Shown here piece by piece: positions 36,893 through 49,293 of a stretch of 64,000 nt of DNA. Both the position numbers and the translations under genes were made by a program. Position 1 is the stretch's first letter. The number at the start of each line of letters is the position of its first letter. The stretch lies in contig NC_135657.1 in the NCBI RefSeq assembly GCF_964188315.1, forward strand, positions 64,604,001 through 64,668,000, given 5' to 3'. Below the pieces are notes generated by a model. That model saw only the letters and a list, made by a program, of their open reading frames with translations. It ran no database searches and was not told the DNA's origin. Origin of the DNA: Podarcis muralis. Taxonomy: Eukaryota.

Positions 36893-37166
36893 CGCCTATC
36901 AGATTGTTGTTGAAGAGCTGCATCCTCATCGGACAAAACGAGAAACAGGTGCAATGGACTGCTACCAGATTCCTGTCACATTTCAAAATGCTCTGAGCAG
37001 TGGCTCGCCATATTATTTTGCTGCAGAATTGCCACCTGGTAACCTTCCTGAACCAGCTCCTTTCACGGTTGGTGATAACAGAACTTACCAAGGCTTCTGG
37101 AACCCACCATTGGCTCCCCGTAAAGGATATAATATCTACTTCCAAGCTATGAGCAGTGTCGAGAAG
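36893..37166 (+). CDS. PTPRK: PTPRK exon 12 equivalent (274 bp), FN3 repeat 4 with furin site
   Basis: ttttaacag|CGCCTATCAG...GAGAAG|gtaggc. Translates AYQIVVEELHPHRTKRETGAMDCYQIPVTFQNALSSGSPYYFAAELPPGNLPEPAPFTVGDNRTYQGFWNPPLAPRKGYNIYFQAMSSVEK. Confidence 0.98.
36930..36941 (+). other. PTPRK: Codons for the furin/proprotein convertase S1 cleavage site RTKR
   Basis: CGG ACA AAA CGA gives R-X-K-R. R2B RPTPs are known to be cleaved here into E and P subunits. Confidence 0.9.
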
Positions 37167-37517
37167 GTAGGCACCTCCCTGAATTTTCTTCTGGGGAAAA
37201 AAATTAGATCTGTTGCTAGAGGTTGTTTGGACTATCAGGCCAAAGTCCAGAAAGATCTTCATGGCACAGACAACTAGCTTGCACATGAGCAGCACTGAGC
37301 TTTTGACTTGTTCCTTTCATACAGCAATCCCTCCAGCCAGGTATGCACAGTAAACAACTTTTGATTTCCCTAGCCTATCTCAAAAGAGGCTTGTTGAGCA
37401 GCATGCAGACTTGTCGGAGGGGTGGTGGAGAGGAGTCAAAAGTCACATTTGCTTTTATTTCTTGAAAACATTTTGATCCTCTCTTTCCAAACCAAGGAAG
37501 CAAACTGCAGTAAAATA

Positions 37518-37522
<5 letters not shown>

Positions 37523-37600
<78 letters not shown>
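37523..37600. repeat. Compound (CT)n(CA)n microsatellite
   Basis: Read directly. Confidence 0.95.
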
Positions 37601-37603
<3 letters not shown>

Positions 37604-39285
37604 CTAAAACAGAGAGCAGCAAAGTTTAAAACAGCAACCTAAATGCACCCAGTAAAACAGCTTCTGTGTATAGACCTAGACTCATATCCAGCGGTTGCTC
37701 AATATGTTTTTGTTCCTGGTATGAAAAATATCGCCTAAATAGACAGTATGCTTCCCTTTAGTGGTATCTTCATATCTGCCACCTGAGGCAGAGGCCATCT
37801 CACCCTGTCTAAAGCATCTGGATGTAGGCCAAAGTTGTTGGGTTCTTGTTATTGCAAACCCTTTCTGTGGTTTCCATTTTCAAACGGCATGGCTCTGTGC
37901 CATTCATATTCCACACACCATTTCCCCCACAGCAACTATTACTGTTTGAAAATTTAGTAAGTTTCTTTGGGGCCGTAGCATCGGTAAAATAAATTTCAGC
38001 CATGTATGTTTCCACATTCCAGGGAAATAACGCCCCTCCTACTGTTCTCGATGCCCAGGTAGTTCAGGAGATTAAATTGCTTCAGGATAAACAAAACCCA
38101 GCCTGCTCAGCAGGCCTAATAAAGCAGTGCCCCACATGCCGAACATCAAGTAAGAAAAAAATAAGTTTGTTTTAAAAAGCCACTGTAACTCCCATAGCAG
38201 CTACATGTTTGTGAAAAGCATCAGTACACAGGTTTGCTTCCAAATTGCTTGACCACTGTGCTGGTAGGAAAGGTATGGCTGCAGATCGCCATTGCTATTT
38301 CCTCCCCATTTGATATCTTGACACCATACAGCACTGCTTCTATTTCAGTATGCATATTGATAGAGAACAAAGCAACAGGAAGTTAAATACTGCAGGCAGC
38401 TCTAGGTGTGAAAAGCAACATGACTTGATAAGCCCCATGCTGCTTCTGCCACTGAATCATTTTCCTTTTGTAAATAGAAATACAGGACGGGAAAGGGAGG
38501 AAACAGCATTTAGAACAGTGGCGGAGATATTTAAAACTTAGATTTGAGAATTAAGTATAGTCTTGTATGAAATCTCTGTCTCCTGGTTATTGTGCCCCAG
38601 TAGCAGATGGCTGAGGCGCGAGGAGGAGGAGAGGAGGGATTTGGGGAAGATTGCACCTAGATTGATAGGCTTCAGGAAGGTTAATCTGCTTTCAAAAGAA
38701 ACCAAAGCGATTTCTACCCTGCCATTTGGATTTCAGCTGCAGCTAGTAATGAAGAGATCACAGCTATCAATGACTTTGCCTTTGAGGCTCTAGAATGAAG
38801 CTTCGCCTAATGTCTATAATTATAAGAATTAGCTGTTTATCATAGCAAGATGAGGAAAATGTCACAGCTTGTGAATTTGTGTGCTAGAATAGCTGTGGAA
38901 CTGGAGGATTTTCCTGATGGGAGAAACTCGTGGGTTTTTTTTAAACAAAAATAAAAATGGATAATTTTAGAATAATTGCATTCTGATATTAGGAAATCAA
39001 ATTTGCAAATGAAGCTGGAGGTAAAAAGATTGGCAGGAAATCTGGGAGGCCCTATCTAAGTATTTCATTATGTGCCACTATAAAATAGATGTTTTATTAA
39101 ATCCCATGATGTTTTATTAAATCCCATGACCTAGCTTTAAACATGGTTTACAGTCTATGCTGGAAGGGGCACTTTCTTCCACATGTGGTGGGAAAATAAA
39201 TAAGTACAGAACTTTCAGCTTGATGCCTTAGACTTGATGACAGGCTCCAACATTCTCCTACATCTAGCCCACATTTTGCTACATT

Positions 39286-39745
39286 TTGTTATTTATTTAT
39301 ATTTATAGACCACTTTTTGGGGGGGGGGATTATCCAAGTAGTGTACAAATCCAACTACAATTAACATACGACTAAAACACACAGACCAAATGAAAAACAA
39401 GTACACATATTACCATCATTAAAAACAGAGATAAAATCAATAAATCATGAAAACAAATGCAACTAAATCAAGTGTCTGGATAGGCTTGCTGAAACAGAAA
39501 AGTTTTCAACAGGCTTCTAAAGCTGTAAGAACATCAGAAGAGGCTGCTGGATCAGGCCAATGGCTCGTCCAGCATCTTGTACTCATAGTGGCCAACCAGT
39601 ACTGATGGGAAGGCTGAAAGTCAGACCTGAGCCCAACAGCACTCTCTCTACCTACAATTCTCAGCATCTGGTACTGTTGACATAAGACAGCATAGCAAAA
39701 ATACCTGCTTAATGTCAACAGTACAGTGAAGGTGCCTGCTTGACA
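39286..39745 (-). mobile_element. L2 3' end apparently interrupted by a CR1 3'-UTR fragment (about 39525-39680)
   Basis: TTATTTATTT tail with AAAAGTTTTCAACAGGCTTCTAAA (L2-like), and TAAGAACATCAGAAGAGGCTGCTGGATCAGGCC (CR1-like). Confidence 0.5.
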
Positions 39746-40110
39746 CTTACTCTTACCCTTCCTGTATTTTTCAGTGGCTCGTTAATAGTGTGGGATTTTC
39801 TCATTGCTGAGAAGACTGCAAAGAAAATTAACATTGTCATGGGTGAACCTAAACTAGAAGCCTTTCTGCTTACCTGGAGTCAATTCACTGAGTGTGCCAG
39901 AGATCTTGATAGATTAGAAGCCCAGCCTGTAGAAGCTATATACATATATGAAAGGAATTTTAGCTCTGCATTATACTTTCACTATCAAAAGTGTTTGCCT
40001 TATTCATTGTATATGTAAGTAGTTCATAAGTGTATTTGCACAGTGACCTCACTGAATTTCCCAAGCTACTGGTGCTAATTGCATTTTTCTCCCATTTTTC
40101 TTCTTAACAG

Positions 40111-40147
40111 GAGACCAAAACTCAGTGTGTTCGAATTGCTACCAAAG
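40111..40147 (+). CDS. PTPRK: PTPRK exon 13 equivalent (37 bp)
   Basis: ttcttaacag|GAGACCAAAACTCAGTGTGTTCGAATTGCTACCAAAG|gtaaga. Translates ETKTQCVRIATK. Confidence 0.97.
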
Positions 40148-41735
40148 GTAAGAGGTTTTCCCCCTCTGAACTTTGGTAACTTTCTTTGGAGCTTATTCAA
40201 TGTGACAATTCTGTTGCTGTGAATTTGTACTTGGAGCTCAGATATAGTGCCAGTAAATGTTTGGGATCCTCTTGACATCTAAATATGTGACAGAGTGGAG
40301 CCTCCTGGATGCTTTGGTTTCTGTTTTTGAGGAGGAGGAGAGGTGCTTATTGGTAAAAAAAAAAGAACTGGCATGTTAGAAGACATGTTTCTAAGGGGTT
40401 GGTAGGTTCCATTTCTTGTGATGAGCCGGAGAATTAGGCAGCTGTAAAAATTCTAAGAGAGAAATTATTTGAGGCAGCAGGACAGCACTGCAGTGTGGTA
40501 TAACATGACAGCTTGTGATGTTCCCCTGTCATTTTGGTTCCATCTTAAGCTAGTGTAAGCACTGGGACAGTACTGCATTTTTCTGCTCTTGTTAGGGCTG
40601 ATCATGTAGCTATTTCTTGTTTTTAAATGGCCTTTTTAAAAATAAGAATGGAAAACTGAATAACATGTGGATCCAAAACAAATGGATAGCTCACAGGCAG
40701 GTTAATTTCAGTTTCTCCTTATACAACAGCTTAATTTTTAAAAGTTGCATCTTCAGATATAAACTTAGAACTCATGGTCTTCTCTTCTGCTTTGTGTTTA
40801 CAGCACTCATAACTGAGTTCACTTTATAGAATGATTAGACAGAATTAGATGCTGCATTCAAGCAGAGAAAACATGGAGGAGTACTATTAAATAATCAAAT
40901 AGTACTTGTCACATCTTGGTGTGCACTCATTCTATGCATTTGTAGATATAATCAGCAACTGTCTCCGGGAAAAGAGCAAAGTATTCCAGATTTGCTAACA
41001 GAGATGAGAAAGATTTCTAGAATAAATGCTTAAGGGAAGCGTAACTTATTGTGTAACCAATGTACAATTTTTTTTTTTACTATAACTTCAAAGTTATAGT
41101 AAACTCCTGTATGTGAGCATGTTTTTAAGTTAGTATTCATTACCCTTTCATCTGCCCCAGTTGCAACAATCATTTCTGTCCTGTATCGGACTGTACAGCC
41201 ACAGCAGGTAGCTTCCAGCAGTTTGACTTCACCTTCAAAGGCCCACTCCTCTATTGTCTCCTGAGACAGATGGATGCTAGCCAACCTAATGAAAACCCTG
41301 GGTTGTTATTCAGTATTACTATAGCCAGTTGCCAATGAAGGTGTGTTCCTAAAGTAAGATTCAAACGACACCACAGAAATCCCAGCTCACTGTCCATTAA
41401 TCTACACCAGCTTTTATTTGGAAAGTGAGCTGGTTCAGACGTATCATAGCTTAGATGTGAAAGAGCCTTGTGCACATATTCACACATGCAGCTCGTTCAC
41501 ATGAGTTTTGATCAAACTGGATCAATTTTTCTGATTTATCCATACCAAAAAAGTATGGTTAGCAGAATTTGAACAAATTAGGACATTAAACTAATTTTAA
41601 TATCTGGACTTGTTCCAAAGCTAGTAATCATAGGTTCCCAGATTGGCTGAAATGAAATCCATGGTTAATTGTAGACTTCCTGTTTTGTTTGCTTGCAAAG
41701 AAGCTGTGTACACAAATAAACAGCTTGTTCATATA

Positions 41736-41975
41736 CAGTGGTACCTTGGTTCTTGAACTTAATCCGTTCTTGGAGTCTGTTCGACTCCCGAAACCGTTCA
41801 AAAACCAAGACACGGCTTCCGATTGGCTGCAGGAGCTTCCTGCACTCAAGCAGAAGCTGCATCAGACATTCAGCTTCCGAAAAGCATTCACAAACTGGAA
41901 AGCTTACTTTCGGGTTTACGGCATTTGGGAGCCAATTTGTTCGGGAGACAAGCCATTCAAGTACCAAGGTATTGG
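41736..41975. mobile_element. Tigger-like MITE (same family as 46705-46946)
   Basis: TA|CAGTGGTACCTTGGTTC left TIR and a decayed right TIR (GTACCAAGGTATTG). Shares the internal GATTGGCTGCAGGA motif with the 46705 copy. Confidence 0.75.
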
Positions 41976-44026
41976 TTTTTAAATCCAAGATAGGATCATT
42001 GAAATGTATAGACCTGAAGCATTAGCTACCCACCCCAACCATCATGTTAAAGATTCTGTTGTGAAGGCTATAAAACAAACAAACCAAAGTCACCATCTTG
42101 GACTTGTATAATACCATAATCTTGTCCAGAGGAAACCACTGCTGATATCCAGATACAAGTGTGGGATAGCAGCATGTTACCACCTCTTTGTTTAGGATTT
42201 TACAGATAAGACACACACACACAAAAGTTTCCATTTTCTGTTTAATGGCTTGGAACTGGAAAGAGTCAGAGTCAAATCCAAATTCCCACCTCCCAAGCCA
42301 AACTCACAAGGTAACCTGGCTGTAATGCCTATCTCCTAGCCTAATACATCATACGGTGTTATTTTGAGGATACAGTACAGAGAAGTGGCGCGGTATAAAC
42401 ATGATAAAAAATGGGTGGTCTTTTTTGTAGAACAGAATCAATTCATAGAGCAGGTTGATCCCGATCATCCCCCCCCCCTGCTCTTCCAAGATTAGTTACA
42501 ATAACACTTTCCTGCAGAGCCTCCAAACCTTTCAGTATAAGAGTTTGCAGTGAATGGCATTTTTGGGGGGGGGGGTATTTTTTTCATAGCAAGCTGCTCT
42601 TGGCAATTCAAGGTTCCTTTCTATGGACACCTACGGCAAATTTTAAATTACTTAATACCTCTGAGGCTTGGAGCATTGCCCAGAGTGGGAAAAATGAAAT
42701 CAAATTATTCTGATAAACACATCACATAATCACAAGCAATAAAGAGCAAGGACCAGAAATCATTTTGCAGGCTACTTTGGCAACTTTCCCAAACTCTGCA
42801 ATAGGCTTGTTCCCTTCTCTAATACAATTTACAAGCCTGTCCGTCAGCCAGCGGTGAGCCACTTAATGTTTCCAGATAACTCTAATTGCATTACATTTTA
42901 AGGGTGGTTACATATAAACACAGAAGTAATTTTATGTTCTTGGGCCCTTCCCCAAATGCTTTTTTGTCACTGTTGTACATATTTAAGTGTGGCTCAGAAC
43001 CTAGAGCTGTTTCATAAGACACACTGCATGTGGACAGAGTGAAATAACTTCTCAAAGAAGTTTTCATATGGAAAAGTTTTTAAAATAATGCGGTGACACC
43101 CAGCCATGAATGGATAGCCTTGTTTTTAAAATATGCATGGTTTTTGAAAAGGCACAAATTCCTTTCTAAAATCTAAATTCATTTTCAAGCCCAAACAATA
43201 AGCAATAGAACCTACTTTTCACATGCTGTTGCAAGTTTGTGCACAGGAAAGGAGCAGGGAGACTGGGATAGCCGTTTGACAGAGGACAGTCCTCTGTTAA
43301 AAAGAGTCTTTGAATGGCTATCTGAACCAAGTCCATAGATAAAGAACTGCCCATAAACTGCCCATAAGCAATGGACGCCTGGACAATAGACAGCAAGCAC
43401 ACAGGTTGCAGTCTTTCTCACTATGGTGAGATCTGTTTATGGGGTAGGGACCATAAAGGCAGGCAAGGGACAAACGTTTTAAGAAATGTTTGTTAAGACC
43501 TTCCATATCAAGGAAAAATGAGCAAACAAAAAAACAACAACACAAAAACACACCAGTAAAAACTCAACACATACATTACCTATACATTTGGTTACAACAA
43601 ACAGAAGAGCAAAACAAATAGGCAACAAAATCTCCCACAAATATACAATCCACAATGCACTAATAAACACTTAAGTGAAGCAATCAGGGAACCATCATAG
43701 AAATAAACAACTAGCCAAGCATAAAGAAAAGGGGGGAAATTAATTCAGTCAGTCTATAATATTACTCTATAAAGTGTCATGAGTTGATGGAGGAAACCAA
43801 TCATGCTATTTGACTGAAACATATTTAATAAAACAAACCATTTCCCACAAAACACTTTTTTTTATCCTTGAATTCTTCCTTCCCCTGAGTTGACAAGTAC
43901 ATTTTCCCATGAAGGTGACATCTGTTCCTGTTGTTATGGATACTTTTCAGTTTGTGCAGCCAGTGGATGTAGATGGAATCCTTGAAGGAGTGGGGTCAAC
44001 ATGTTTGACTCTTTCATTTCTGGGCA

Positions 44027-44070
<44 letters not shown>

Positions 44071-44170
44071 CCCGCCCATCTGACTGGGTTTCCCCAACCA
44101 CTCTGAGTAGCTCCCAACAGATTAAAAACAGAATAAAACGTTAAACTTTAAAAAATAAAACTTCCCTAAA
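44027..44170 (-). mobile_element. L2 3' end with (ATT)n tail (same family as 33283)
   Basis: (AAT)n then ACCCCGCCCATCTGACTGGGTTTCCCCAACCACTCTG, the reverse complement of 33720-33760. Confidence 0.8.
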
Positions 44171-44582
44171 ATGGGATCTGGAGTGGGACCGGCCAAACAA
44201 GTGGGGGAAACGGTGAATATGTTCTTGAGGGAGTGTGTGGTGCCTATGAAGGAAGCAGTGGCATTTTTTAAACATCAGTAAAAGAATAGGCAGTATGAGT
44301 AGATACACTGAAACGCTGAGTTCATCTCTCTTTTGAGTTGAAAAAGACATTCGACAGCTTTTGCTGTTACGTCTCATAGAACACCTCAATGTGTACTATG
44401 GCCTACAGTTTAAGAAACAACTACCATAGCTTCTTTTAAGAATGAAGGGCAAAATAAGAAGAATGAAAACCATGGCATTTTTTATCAGGATGTAGATCGT
44501 TCCACATTAGACTAATACATGTGGCCATTAGTTCTGAAGATACATTTTTTTGTTCTGAGGCTGCAGTAGGAGCTCTCCAAGC

Positions 44583-45423
44583 CAGGGCAGTTCAACATGC
44601 AACCTGTGGCAACATTTAACACACACACACACACACACACACATGTTAGAATTCCTGCTCGCTGATTGCAACCATGGGATCGTTGTCTTTCACATGATGG
44701 TGTAGGTTTTGACTTCACAAAGTGGGAAGTGACGGAGACAGGATGTTTGTGTTACTGTGTTCCTTGAAGTGGGACTGTTGTCCTTTGTTTTTTCTCTTTG
44801 CTGTCTGATGCTAGAGAGAGAAGGAGCCAGGTTGCAGTGCTCTGTGTGTGTTTATATGTAAATAAAGTAGATTAGCCAAAATGCTGAGTTGCTGAGGTCT
44901 ATTACACAAGCTGCGAAGACTCTGTGGATCCCTAAGTGTGCCAGTGTCTGTTGGCATCAGTTGCTGTGATGTTCAGGCTGAAGAAAGCTTTTGAAGCTTC
45001 CAAACGATCGACCAGGAGGGAGAGAAAAAGTCAGTTGGGCATGTGTCTCTGCCAGGGTCCCACTCGAGTGTAGGAGCTCCTAACACACCACCCTTGTGCT
45101 GTCTTCCCAAAGCCAGGTGAGGTGCTGGGCTTTGGGAAGGAGGTGTGAGGGCTCTGACAGGGGCCTAGAGTTCTCCACCCTCCTTCCCAAAGCCTAGTTA
45201 CCTCTTTCCCAGCTTTGAGGAGAAGGTGGGAGGGCTGTAGGACCCTGCCAAAGCCTCGCGCCTCCTTCCCAAAGCTCAGCATCTTACTTACCTGGCTTTG
45301 GGGGGTGTGTGCCAAATTTTGGTCTTGCTCCCCACCGCCACACAACAAGACAGTGTTCGGCCCACGAGTTCCATGTCGAAGTACTCTTGCAGCCCACTTG
45401 ATATGAAAAATTGGACTGCCCTG
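44583..45423. mobile_element. hAT-type non-autonomous element carrying a nested LTR-like segment (about 44644-45030)
   Basis: TIRs CAGGGCAGT(T/C)CAA and an 8-bp TSD CTCCAAGC/CTCTAAGC (7/8). The nested segment starts TGTTAG and has AATAAA at 44861. Confidence 0.65.
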
Positions 45424-45623
45424 CTCTAAGCATACTCTGAAAAATCACATTTTTATGACATAGAGAGACCTCCACTGTTCTTTGTGGTATCTGTTGGGCA
45501 ACATATTAGTTCTGTTTGCAGTAAACTGTATCCTATTCTTTAGTCTGCTTCGCAATTCATTTTTTAATGAAGTTCTCTGAAACTTTATTGGTTTGCATCG
45601 CTGCAACTGTTTTTGCCTTTATT

Positions 45624-45817
45624 GGAACATAGTAAGCTGCCTGATACTGAGTCACACCATCAGGGCATGTAGGTCAGTATTGCTTACACAGGTTGGCACA
45701 AGCTGCTCATGGTTTCAGGCAGAGGCATCTTCCAGCCCTACCTAGATGTCAGGGATTGAACCTGAGACCTTCTACACACAGAGCAGAGGCTCTACCACTC
45801 GGCTATGGCACTTTCCC
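45624..45817 (-). mobile_element. tRNA-derived SINE (same family as 29410)
   Basis: Reverse strand CCATAGCCGAGTGGTAGAGCC...GGTTCAATCCCTGACATCT...GGCAGCTTACTATGTTCC. Confidence 0.8.
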
Positions 45818-46704
45818 TGTTGTGACATTGGACTTGGTTATTTTCTTGCAAAATAGGCCTGACAGTAATGTTGTCAGTCAGGCTGTGCTTCTTATTTATG
45901 AAAGTACTTTTAATGAAGTTAGCACTAATCCTAAAATTATATGCTATTTCTTATCTGCTAGCTGTATAATTGGGCTGTGTAATTGCACACTTCTCAGTGA
46001 ATTGTGCAAAAAGATCATCAGAGGAGTGGAGAAGTAGGTTTATAAAATACCTGATAAAGAGACTTCTATTAGAAATTAGGTTGTGAGATACACAGTTCTC
46101 AACTTATTTTCAGTGTGGTTAAACATCTTTGAAGGCTAGTGTCAGTTTTCCCACAGGATATATAAAATATTGATGCACACTTTTATGTATGTTGTGACAT
46201 GCCTTCTAGTGTGTTTCCCAGAAGAATTATATTCTTTGTGGATTTGTTTGTATTCAAAGAGCATCTACTTGAAACCAGATTTGTTTTTCATGCTCCCTAG
46301 AGGGAGTTGTTTACTAAAAATAAATGGCAAGTTTCATTTCCTGTATGTACTCCATTTGTATTTAACCAGTTAGATACACAAGTAGTATTAAGTGTCACAC
46401 CAAGTTACAGATTACACTGAATAGCTGACATATAGATATATGGTGACAATTCATGTACATAGAATTCTCCTGACTGGAATGGCTTTGGCATTGATTTAGC
46501 TAGAGAAATGAATGAAGATCCATGATAAGTTCCATCCTTCATATTGCCAGTCATCACATATTTGTGTAGGGATTGAAAAATAACGATCACTTCTTTTTAA
46601 AATAGTTGAGTCACATGTGTGAAATGTGAATGAGTGAATCATTGGGTCAGTTTGTGTAGGCTGGGTAAATACGGGGTATTTACTTGGACTGTGTATTATC
46701 TGTA

Positions 46705-46946
46705 TAGTCGTACCTTAGTTCTCAAACAGAATGTGTTCCGGGAGTCCATTTGACTCCTGGAACCATTCGAAAACCAAGGCACTGCTTCTGATTGGCTGCA
46801 GGAACATTGTGCAGCCAATTGGAAGCCACACCAGACGTTCGGCTTCCGAAAATTGTTCAAAAACCGGAACACTCATTTCTGCATTTCGATTGTTCGGGAG
46901 CCAATTTGTTCAGGAGCCAAGACCTTTGAGATCCAAGGTACGACTG
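46705..46946. mobile_element. Tigger-like MITE
   Basis: TA|TAGTCGTACCTT ... AAGGTACGACTG|TA. Confidence 0.85.
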
Positions 46947-48289
46947 TACATTGAAAGCCTTGGGGCTATGTTCATGGCACCTGAAGCTAGTATGAATAAA
47001 CTTAAATGATATTTCTTTCTCTCGTTTCTCTTTAACGGTATTAGACTATGAATGGGTCTTTGGTTTAATTCAAGCCTGAGCAGTATGAGGATTACACCCA
47101 ACCATGTGCATATTTCATCTCTTTGTGCGCTTTATCGTGATGATACAAATTTATAAATCTTTAATGCTCTTAATGCTAACCCATATGTTGTGTAGAAATC
47201 CCCAGAAATCTGCAAAACTGGGAATCAAGAAGATACTAATAGGCTCAGAAAGCTGAATGCAGTCCTAAACCATTCAAGCAGCTAAAGATTTGTCAACCAC
47301 AATCCTAATACTCCTGTCCTCTAACATAACAAATGCTGGCTTCTCCAACTCATCCCATTATATCCTGGGTATCTTAAATCATTTTACCGACCGCTTCCTC
47401 TCACTGCCCGCCCTCCCCCTTCTCAATCCAGCTCCTAGATTGAAAGTGTAGCTGTGGCATCTGTGCTATTGCCCCAAGTGCTCTCCTTATGTGCTACAAT
47501 CAGCAAAGCTTTTTCTTAGATTTATGCTTCGGGGCATATGGACAACTGGAAGTCATTTAGCGACACAACAACATCCTCATTTCTTTAATATATTATCCTT
47601 ATCCACAAGCTTCAGTTTCGAAAGCTGTTGGTGTCTCCCTTTTTTGAGCTTACATCTATGAGGATATATTTTTAGTGTGGTGTCAAAAGTGACGTTGAAT
47701 GTAATCAAAAGTACATTCATAAACAGAAAAGTGTTTATAACTGGCTAAATGTTGCAGTGGGAAGAAAAGAAGCCAGTAATTAATTATTCTAGTGGTGAGA
47801 ATATATGCTTCCCATTAAAACTCTTCATCTACACAGAGCTGCTAATAGTGATCTGTTTGCTAGCTCAAGGCACTTTTTCCTCCCCCCCCCCCCTTTTTGT
47901 TCCTTTAGAGCCACATTTCAAATCCAGAGGATTTACATGTATGCACCATTAGTAGTTTTGACACAACTTTAATCTTCTTCAATGCAATTTAAACTTCCAT
48001 TACTTTATCCTTTGTTTGGTAGATTTAAGTTAAAGTGGAGGGATTTCATGTTGTTGTTTTCATTGTTTTTAAATTGCATTCTTCAAAGTGCTATAGGCCA
48101 GTTGCAAACATTCCCTTCCTTGGCAAGTGGTTGTTAGCCAGTTCTGGGTCCTTTCTGGATCCAAAGCAAGGTAACAGCTTTGGTTACCCTGTGATATGAG
48201 AGAGGGACAAGGGGAATGCATCTCACTTGATTTACTTGACCTCTCAGCTACTTTCATTACTATCAACCATAGTACCTTTCTAGATAGGC

Positions 48290-48450
48290 AATCAGAGTTA
48301 GGGATTGAAGGACCTACACTGTAATGGTTCTGCTCTTACTGGATGGCCAGTTTCAGAAGGAGGTGCCAGATGAGTGCTTTGGTACACTAGTAGACTGGAT
48401 GAGATCCAATAGACTAAGACTCAGTCCAGATAATATTGAGGTGTTTTGTG
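48290..48450 (+). mobile_element. L2 RT fragment with internal deletion
   Basis: Translates LGIEG..L.WF and DWMRSNRLRLSPDNIEV (L2 WMxxNxLKLNPxKTE motif). Confidence 0.6.
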
Positions 48451-48547
48451 TGTGTGTGTGTCCCCCAAGCTGTGTGGTGTTCAGGCTTTTTTGCAGGAAG
48501 TTGCACTCACAATAAATGATTATGTTTGCAGTTCAGAGGTGCTAATA

Positions 48548-48790
48548 CATGGGAAGGCAAACTAAGGCCCAGGGGCCGGATCCGGCCCAATCACCACCTA
48601 AATCCGGCCCATGGACAGTCCAGGAATCAGTGTGTTTTTAGATTAGTGGAATGTGTCCTTTTGTTTAAAATGCATCTCTGGGCTATTTGTGGGGCATAAG
48701 AATTCATCCCCCCCCATATATAGTCCGGCCCCCCACAAGGTCTGAGGGACAGTGGACTGGCCCCCTGCTGAAACCCTTTGCTGACCCCTG
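48548..48790. mobile_element. hAT/Charlie-like MITE
   Basis: Perfect 8-bp TSD TGCTAATA (48540-47 and 48791-98). Ends CATGGGAAGGCAAAC / TTTGCTGACCCCTG; internal GGCCGGATCCGGCCC. Confidence 0.9.
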
Positions 48791-49293
48791 TGCTAATAGG
48801 TCCAGCATTGTCAGTGGAGGCATTTGGAGATCTTCATATGCAAATGTACAGTCAATTCACAACTTGTACGCATTTCACTTGTGCGCTCACAGCTTTACAC
48901 ACTTGGCAGCCAGCCAGCCGTGATGGCACAAATTAAACACACACAAGGCAGAGAGCTTAAAAGCTCTTCCTGTGCTGGGTTTTCCTGCTGTGGAGGGAGT
49001 TTTTAAGATCTATGCCTTGCTTACCAGGCTCTGGGAAGCTCCCATGGGACATGTCCCAGAGCTGGTAAGCAAGGCAGAAAACTTAAAAGCTCTCCACCTT
49101 GCATGTGGGGTGAGACCCACTTGATAAACTGGCTCCAGAAAGGTAGGGGTGGTTATGCGGGGACATTTCCGGGGTTGATTTGGCTGCACACAATTTCACC
49201 TACATGTGCAATCCCCACAACCTAACTGCTGCACAAATTGTGAGTCATCTGTATTGCAACACTGATTTTGGCCCAGAAATTTTCCCCCCTATA

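Noticed and set aside
36570-37295. 241-aa antisense ORF
   Set aside because: It is the shadow of PTPRK exon 12 plus flanking intron, has no recognisable protein features, and starts at a non-ATG codon.
38577-38595. CTCF-like motif CCAGTAGCAGATGGCTG
   Set aside because: A partial match that is expected by chance in 64 kb and cannot be supported without ChIP data or conservation.
39775-39842. Exon-like segment in intron 12 (strong pyrimidine tract, possible GTGAAC donor)
   Set aside because: In-frame TGA at 39808-10, weak donor, and adjacent to LINE debris. No support beyond a chance acceptor.
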